Part shown: positions 57,875 to 64,000 of the stretch, piece by piece | Numbering within the stretch: position 1 is the first letter of the stretch | Layout of the letters: every line of letters begins with the position of its first letter | Program-made: the position numbers and the translations under genes | Origin: Thermovirgaceae bacterium | GTDB lineage: Bacteria; Synergistota; Synergistia; Synergistales; Thermovirgaceae | Length of the DNA: 64,000 bases | NCBI GenBank assembly: GCA_040767805.1 | Contig: JAXGNU010000006.1 | Span: 32,001 to 96,000 of the forward strand | Reading direction: 5' to 3' | Notes under the pieces: generated by a model | Seen by the model: only the letters and a program-made list of their open reading frames with translations | Told to the model about the DNA's origin: nothing | Database searches by the model: none

Positions 57875-60800
57875 TTGATGCTGTTGCGCCCGGTGAGAGG
57901 GTTCCTCCCGCTCTTCCTTTCCGTCCTCGTCGCGGCTTCGATCGTGGCATCCTGCGAGCCCGCCGCTTCGAGGGAGGACCCCTCGCTGCCCCACCCCGGT
58001 GACCCGGTGCCGGAGCAGTTAGCCTTCAGCGGGGAACCGCCCTCCCTGGAAGAGGTACGGGAAGCGTTCCTGAAAACCTACGGCGGCGACCCGGCCCTAT
58101 GGCCGGAGGAGTTCCGCCATATCCACGAGGTCCAGGTGGCCTTCAACCGAAGGGCCCTTGCCAGCCCGAAATTCAAGGGACAGTTCGACCAGGAGGCCCT
58201 TGCTAAGATGAAGGCCCAGGAGACGGACCCCGCATCGTACTGGGCCCGGTGCCTCTTTGACGGCTGGGGCTTCGAGGAGTGGTTCAACGACGACCACCTG
58301 ACGGTGCAGGGCGTCCCCAGGGGCTTGCTCGACCGCTTCCTGGCCGAGTTCTTCCCCCTGGCGTGGCAGGATATCAGGAGCATCATCCGGGTCGAGGAGT
58401 ACATGCTCGACCTTCCCGACAAGGGATTCGTCCCCTACAACCAATACGAGGGCAAGGTGCTCAAGCAGAAGAAGAGCGACGTCCAGACATACAACTCCCT
58501 TGTGGAGAAGGCCGTGGAGGGCTATGCCGCCGGCAACGATATCCCCATGCTGCTCCTGGTATCGGAAAGGACCGACACCAACTGGGTCGGCGACGAGGCC
58601 TTCGAGGCTTCCCTGGTGAAGCAGGGGAAAAAACTCTCCCAAAAAGCCCAGGATGGGTTGGACAGGATCGACGGGTTATTCCGCACCGCCTTCTACAGGG
58701 CCTGCCCGAGGCTCACCTTTTCCTGGAACGCCGAACCCTGGTCGGAGGATCACGTCCTTTTCGACGGGAACCCCGTCCAGGAGGGCCCGAACACCGATTA
58801 CATCGGTAGGGCCACCCGGATCGAGTATCCCTATATTGGCGAGAAGATCACCATCAAGGAACAAAAGGTGGTCTCCGGCCCGGCCCTGAGGCTCCAGTGG
58901 GGGACGTCCCCCACCCACTCGCCGGAGTACGACCGGGGGGCCGTGGTGGAGGAGGTCACCCCGAGGTACCTGGTGACCCGGAAGCAATACGGCGAGACCA
59001 GGGAGTTCATCCTCTCCCTGTACCTCGACGGTGTCTCCGGCTTCGGCTACGAAGTGTCCTTCGCGCCGGCCGAGGGCGCCCACCTCCCCCAGGCCGTCGA
59101 GGAAGGGATCATCGAGGCGGTCACCAGGGCTTTCCTCGAGGCCGCTGAGGAGTGCTTCGGCGCCCCCGGGGAAAAGGCGGCGGCCCCGGAGCCGATCCCG
59201 CGGGAGGAACCGCCCGCCCGGCCCGAGGAGGGGCCCGAGGACGGCAGCCACCCGAGGACGGTTACCCTGGAACCGGCGAAGGCGGAGGATATTTTCGTGG
59301 ACGGGGAACACCCGGGAGGGATTTCCTTCACGCTGTCCGTGCGGGAGGGCGACCGGCGGGTCCCCCAGGCGGAAGTGGCCATAAGCAAGCCCGAGGTGGG
59401 GACCGTCTCTTCCAGGAACGCCGAGGGGGGGGACGAGAAGTGGCTCCTCGTCAGGACGGACCCCCTGGGCGAGGTGACGGTCACCTACACGCCGCCGCCC
59501 CTGGCGGAGCTCAGGATGCTGGGCCCCAGCCAATGGGAGGTGCGCGTAGCCGCCGAGGATAGGGAGAGCGGGGCCGTCAATTCCGTCGCCTTCAAGGTGA
59601 CCCGGCCCAGGGGGCTGGAGGCGGCCGTGGATCACCCCGTCTTCCCCGCCCTCGCCGGGTTCCTGAACACCCTCCGTTTCCGCTTTGACGGGAGGGGACC
59701 AGGGGATGGCAGGGGCGAAAAATACAGGGTCAAGATCACCGTCAGAAGCGGCAACGGCTCCCTCTCACCCGACCGGAGCGGATCGGGGGGCCAGAGCGCC
59801 TTCGCCATGGAAGTCGAAGCGGACAAGGACCATGTCCTGTATTACCGATGGTTTGGGCCTAGGGACCTCGCCGGCCCGGCGACGGAATCCATCCTGATCC
59901 AGGTGCCTGAACTGGAGCTGGAAGAGACCGTCACCTTTTCCGTGGGGGTGGACCTCGAGATCCATTCCGCCCAGCAGGAGCAACTGGAGCTGGAACAGCC
60001 CGGCCTCTTCGTCCCCCTCAAGATCTACGTCAAGGACGCGTTCCACCCCGATCTCGACATGGCCGAGTTTTTCGGTCCTTCCACCTCCGACCCGTGCTGG
60101 ACATCAGCCAGGCGGATTTCAAACCGATCGACCCGGAAACCTCGACGTCGAGGCTGAACCTGACGGCGCTGCTGGACCACGTGAAGGGGGCCGCGCTCCC
60201 CCGCGGCGGAGTCCCCATCGAGCCGGAGACATGGTCCCTGGCGAAGGACGCCTGTTCCCGGTGGTTCCTCGTCGGTGGGCCCGCTCATGGAGGACCGATC
60301 CCCCCGAACGCCTTCCCCGGGATCATCCTGTGGGACTACGGCGACTACACGCTGAAAATGGTCATGAAGGTCCTGACCTCCAGGGGCTCCCGGCGGAACC
60401 CCTGGAACGGGCCATGACAAGGAACCTTCATGTCGGCCCCTTCGCCGCCGGCGACCGCAGAGGCGACCTCATCCTCCCGATGATACTGACCTTTTCGGCC
60501 CTGTTCCCGGGTGAAGACGCGAGGCAACTCTCCGTCCGGGGCAGGAGCCTCCTGCAAAAGGGGGACCTGGCGTCCGCCTCGGCCATGGTGGGTGAGTATT
60601 TTTCAAAACGGCTGTCATCGGTCTCACTCGGCGAGGAGACGGACCCCCAGGAAAGGGAGAGGCTCGAGTACCTCGTTTAAGGCCCACGGCCTCTCCGGGG
60701 CCGAACTGTCCAGCGCCACCCTGGAGGAATCCCTGTCCCAGGCGAAGCTCAACTTCCCGTGCGCCGCCGCCGGTGAGTACGCCGAGGTATTCCTCTCCCA

Positions 60801-61216
60801 GGGCTACGACCTCTGAAACTGGCCGATTCCCCCTCGGTCGACCACAAGGAGCACCGAGCTCGAGGTCCTGGAGATGATCAAGGGCTTCCTCGACGGGTAC
60901 GGCGAGTACGGGATCCTGGCCCTGGCCAGGGAGAACATCCAGCTCCTGGCGATCTACGACGAATCGGGAGAAGTACTTTCCGAGTACCACGGCCAGGTCT
61001 TCGGCGGCGGCGGAGGAATCGAGGAGGGTTTTCTTCGGCAAGAATTCCGTGGTGGTACCCTTCCGGCTCGGGGAGAACCTGCTCATCAACCTCAGGAGCA
61101 AGGGGAAACCGGTGAACGCCATCAAGATCCTTCCCAACGGCATCAATGTCCAGCGCCTCAGGGCTGAAGCCGGGGGTCGAGACCATAAGCGTCTATGGGA
61201 TGTGGTCAGGCCCTAG
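57875..61216 (+). pseudogene. Large exported protein gene with several frameshifts in the 3' third (pseudogene or assembly errors)
   Basis: Signal/lipoprotein-like N-terminus; protein-like sequence continues across frame changes near 60072, 60385, 60678, 60815, 61025 and 61160-61200. Confidence 0.65.
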
Positions 61217-61238
61217 CAACGGGTGGAGTGGAACGCGA

Positions 61239-61268
61239 AAAGAGCGCCAGCCCTTGGCCGGCGCTCTT
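61239..61268. terminator. Hairpin/terminator between convergent genes
   Basis: AAGAGCGCC...GGCGCTCTT with A-run on the left. Confidence 0.6.
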
Positions 61269-61296
61269 CCCTTAGGCACCCGGTGCCCTTGAGGCC

Positions 61297-61617
61297 TCAC
61301 TTATAATCATCCCGGGCGGGCCAGAAGGCGTCGATCACGCGGCACTCGGTCAGACCCCTGGCCAGGTGCGGCACCCCCGAAGGAATCACCAGCACCGACC
61401 CCGGCCCAAGGGTCCACTTCTTTCCCTCGGCGGTCAACTCCAGCGTGCCCTCCACGACGTTGACCACCTGCTCATGCTCGTGGGAGTGTTCCGGCAGAGC
61501 GGCACCCTGCTCGATCACCCACCACGCCATGGTCATGTGAGGAGAGTGGACGAACTTGCCGTGGACCCCCTTCACAACCTCCCTGGACTCCATCTTGCCC
61601 GTATCGGTGAACTCCAT
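61297..61617 (-). CDS. Cupin domain protein
   Basis: PEHSHEHEQ...EG and IPSGVPH cupin motifs; GGAGG RBS. Confidence 0.88.
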   Translation of the reverse strand: MEFTDTGKMESREVVKGVHGKFVHSPHMTMAWWVIEQGAALPEHSHEHEQVVNVVEGTLELTAEGKKWTLGPGSVLVIPSGVPHLARGLTECRVIDAFWPARDDYK

Positions 61618-61727
61618 GGCGTGACCTCCTATTCTGAATTTAAAGACCGACAGCGACAATGATAGCGGTTTCCCGCGATCATTTCCACGGCCGTCACGCC
61701 CTGGCCTAAAGGCGCACCGGGGGCACC

Positions 61728-61770
61728 AAAGAGCCAGGGGCGGGAGTCATTCCCGCCCCTCGGCTTTTTT
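61728..61770. terminator. Terminator downstream of dctP
   Basis: AGGGGCGGGA-gtcat-TCCCGCCCCT with flanking A and T runs. Confidence 0.75.
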
Positions 61771-61806
61771 ACGGGATCGGATCAATTAAAAGGGGCGACC
61801 CGGACC

Positions 61807-62823
61807 TTATTCAGCCAGTGAATGGAGACGGACCTCGGTGTAAAGCTCTTCGCCGAGGAGGTCCTTCATTTTGGGCCACACTTCCCTGCGGACCTTGTCG
61901 GCGCAGGCTTTGAGTTCCTCGCTGGTCAGCATGACGATCTCCCAGCCGAAATCCTTCCTCAGGATCTCCCGGTAATCCTCGTCCTCGGTCTCGACCTGGT
62001 CCCAGCGCATGGCGGAGGCCTCGTTGGCGGCCTGCTGCATGATGGCCTGGATGTCCGCAGGAAGTTGGTCCCAGGCCCCCTTGTTTATGACGATCCAGTG
62101 CTGCTCGAAGTAGTCGTTGTACTGGATCCAGACCTTGTTGACGTCCCGGAAGGACCAGGCCTGGAAGGGAGGCCCTCCCATCTGCCCGTCGACGATGCCC
62201 GTCTGGATGCCGCTGTAGACCTCGGCGTAGGGGATCGGGGTCGAGATGTACCCCAGCGCCCCGTAGGTCATGGAGCAGGCAGCCAGGGGCATGACCCGGA
62301 CCTTCATGTTCTTGGGAACGTTGGGGTCACCGGGGGACGGGGGCATGGACCTCAGGGAGACGCCGGCCATCCCTATGGGGTACACCGCGAGGGGCTGGAT
62401 GCCGTGGTCGAGCCAGAGGCCCTTGATGAGCCCGAAGGCCCAACCGCCGGAAGCGTAGGCTTTCTTGGCCTCCTCGATATCGTTGACGACGAAGGGCATG
62501 TAGTAGGCGAAGTTCAGCCTCGGGTCGTACTGGGCGTTGGCGATCTGGAAGCCCATCTCGACGACGCCGCGGGAGATGAGCTCGAAGGTCTCAGTCCAGT
62601 CACCGAGCTGGTTGGCTGGGAAAATATTGATCTTGACCTGGCCCTTGGTTCTCTCGAAGACCTGGTCGGCGAACCAGTGGCCCGTCTTGTCGTAATCGGT
62701 GTCCGCCGGGTGGGGGTGACCCATCTTGAAGGTCCACTTCGGTGCCGCTGCCGCGGCGGTTCCCATCGAAAGCACCAGGGCCGCCACGAGCACTAACACT
62801 AACACTCTCCTCATCTTGAACAC
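61807..62823 (-). CDS. dctP: TRAP transporter substrate-binding protein
   Basis: Signal peptide, FPANQLG, MKVRV, P.PYAEVY..IQTG.VDG. Confidence 0.88.
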   Translation of the reverse strand: MFKMRRVLVLVLVAALVLSMGTAAAAAPKWTFKMGHPHPADTDYDKTGHWFADQVFERTKGQVKINIFPANQLGDWTETFELISRGVVEMGFQIANAQYDPRLNFAYYMPFVVNDIEEAKKAYASGGWAFGLIKGLWLDHGIQPLAVYPIGMAGVSLRSMPPSPGDPNVPKNMKVRVMPLAACSMTYGALGYISTPIPYAEVYSGIQTGIVDGQMGGPPFQAWSFRDVNKVWIQYNDYFEQHWIVINKGAWDQLPADIQAIMQQAANEASAMRWDQVETEDEDYREILRKDFGWEIVMLTSEELKACADKVRREVWPKMKDLLGEELYTEVRLHSLAE

Positions 62824-62967
62824 CTCCTAGAAGGATACAGGAAAAGGTTTCCAAGCCTTTTCACTCTGCGTGCCTCTCACTCTTCAGCTCCTTCAAGCCG
62901 GACGCTTGCCCTGCTGAATCCTGCCACCCCCCTTCGGGTTATGTTTTTGAAAAAAGGCTTCCCATAC

Positions 62968-64000
62968 TTACTGGATCCCCATCACCAGCCGCGGGAGCCA
63001 CATGGAAAGGCTCGGGATGTAGGTCGTCAGCAGGATCACCGGCAACTGGGCGAATACCATGAACTTGAGCGCCGGCTTGAAGTACTCGTCTATCGAAGCG
63101 CCGCCTATCCTGCCGGCTAGGTAAAGGATCGGCGCGCAGGGCGGTGTGACGTTGCCCAGCCCGAGGTTGGTCCCCATGATGGCGGCAAAGTGAACGGGGT
63201 GGACCCCAATGGCGACCATCAGCGGAAGGAGGAGCGGGGCCGAGAGCATGGTGCCGCTGAAGTCGTCCATCAGCATCCCTATGATCAGCAGAAAGACGTT
63301 CACCAGCAGGAGCAGGACCATCTTGTTGTTGGAGATGGTCATCATGAAGTCGGCCAGTTGCTGCGGTATGCGCTGCATGGTGTAGACCTTCGCCAGGATG
63401 GACACGAAGAAGAGCATCAGGACGCAGACCCCCGTCGTGGTCGAGGAGTCCACCAGCGCGCGTCCCAGCACCTTGGGGGTCAATTCCCTATGGACCAGGA
63501 AACCCACCAGTATCCCGTAGAAGACGGCGATGGCCGCCGATTCGGTGGGGGTCGTTATCCCGCCGTAGATGCCGCCCAGGATGATGACGGGCATGAGCAG
63601 GCTCCAGATGCCACGCTTCGTGGCACTGCCTATCAATTGGACCTTCTGGAAGAAGGGCACCTGGGGTTCGACCCGGACGGTCTTTAACCTCTTCACCTCG
63701 AACCAGTTGACGACGCACATCAGTATTGTGGTCAGTATCCCGGGAATGACCGTCGCCAGGAAGCAGGCCGCCACCGACTGCTGGGTGACCCACGCGTAGA
63801 GGATCATCGGGACGCTGGGCGGTATCAGCTGGCCCAGCACCGATGCGCACCCCACCAGGGCCACCGAATAGTACCGGGGATACCCGAGCTTCTCGAGGCG
63901 GGGGATCATTATCCCCCCGATGCAGGCTACGGCCGAGGAGCAGGTCCCCGATATGGCCCCGAAGATCGCGCAGGCCACGATGGTGGCCGCCCCCATGCCG
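62968..64000 (-). CDS. dctM: TRAP transporter large permease, 5'-truncated by window edge
   Basis: FGAISG, LIPPS, GGIYGGITTPTESAA, GVHPVHF, TPP. Confidence 0.9.
   Translation of the reverse strand, partial: GMGAATIVACAIFGAISGTCSSAVACIGGIMIPRLEKLGYPRYYSVALVGCASVLGQLIPPSVPMILYAWVTQQSVAACFLATVIPGILTTILMCVVNWFEVKRLKTVRVEPQVPFFQKVQLIGSATKRGIWSLLMPVIILGGIYGGITTPTESAAIAVFYGILVGFLVHRELTPKVLGRALVDSSTTTGVCVLMLFFVSILAKVYTMQRIPQQLADFMMTISNNKMVLLLLVNVFLLIIGMLMDDFSGTMLSAPLLLPLMVAIGVHPVHFAAIMGTNLGLGNVTPPCAPILYLAGRIGGASIDEYFKPALKFMVFAQLPVILLTTYIPSLSMWLPRLVMGIQ

Noticed and set aside
60814..60816. In-frame TGA as selenocysteine
   Set aside because: Lies in a stretch with many frame breaks and has no clear SECIS-like hairpin.

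Overview
GC-rich bacterial chromosomal window. Gene content (LPS-modification genes, amino-acid fermentation enzymes, LIV/TRAP transporters, a probable selenoprotein, CtsR-type boxes) suggests an anaerobic diderm such as a Synergistota member; this is an inference. In order: citrate lyase citE/citF; a dispersed L-Ara4N (arn) lipid A modification pathway with split arnA; sugar-nucleotide enzymes; proline racemase and a divergent FAD oxidoreductase; a HerA/DUF87-like ATPase; RidA, cold-shock protein and HU; a class II ribonucleotide reductase with a 337-aa intein; glutaminase; a LIV-type ABC transporter with regulator and ThDP enzyme; an IS110 element; a heat-shock cluster (hsp20, htpG, dnaK-cbpA-clpB); an HD-GYP protein; a large multiply frameshifted secreted-protein gene; TRAP genes. 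Best observations: (1) the IS110 element is flanked by CT cores, sits in register inside a TTCACGA/TTTACGA heptamer array, and its non-coding left end contains four readable bridge-RNA guides matching its own target and donor; (2) convergent heptamer arrays recur between genes, running from stop codon to the next RBS; (3) a probable exported selenoprotein split at an in-frame UGA with a SECIS-like hairpin; (4) a ProRS paralogue lacking the aminoacylation motifs but keeping the editing and anticodon-binding domains. No tRNA, rRNA or CRISPR array was recognised. All calls are from reading the sequence, without database searches.
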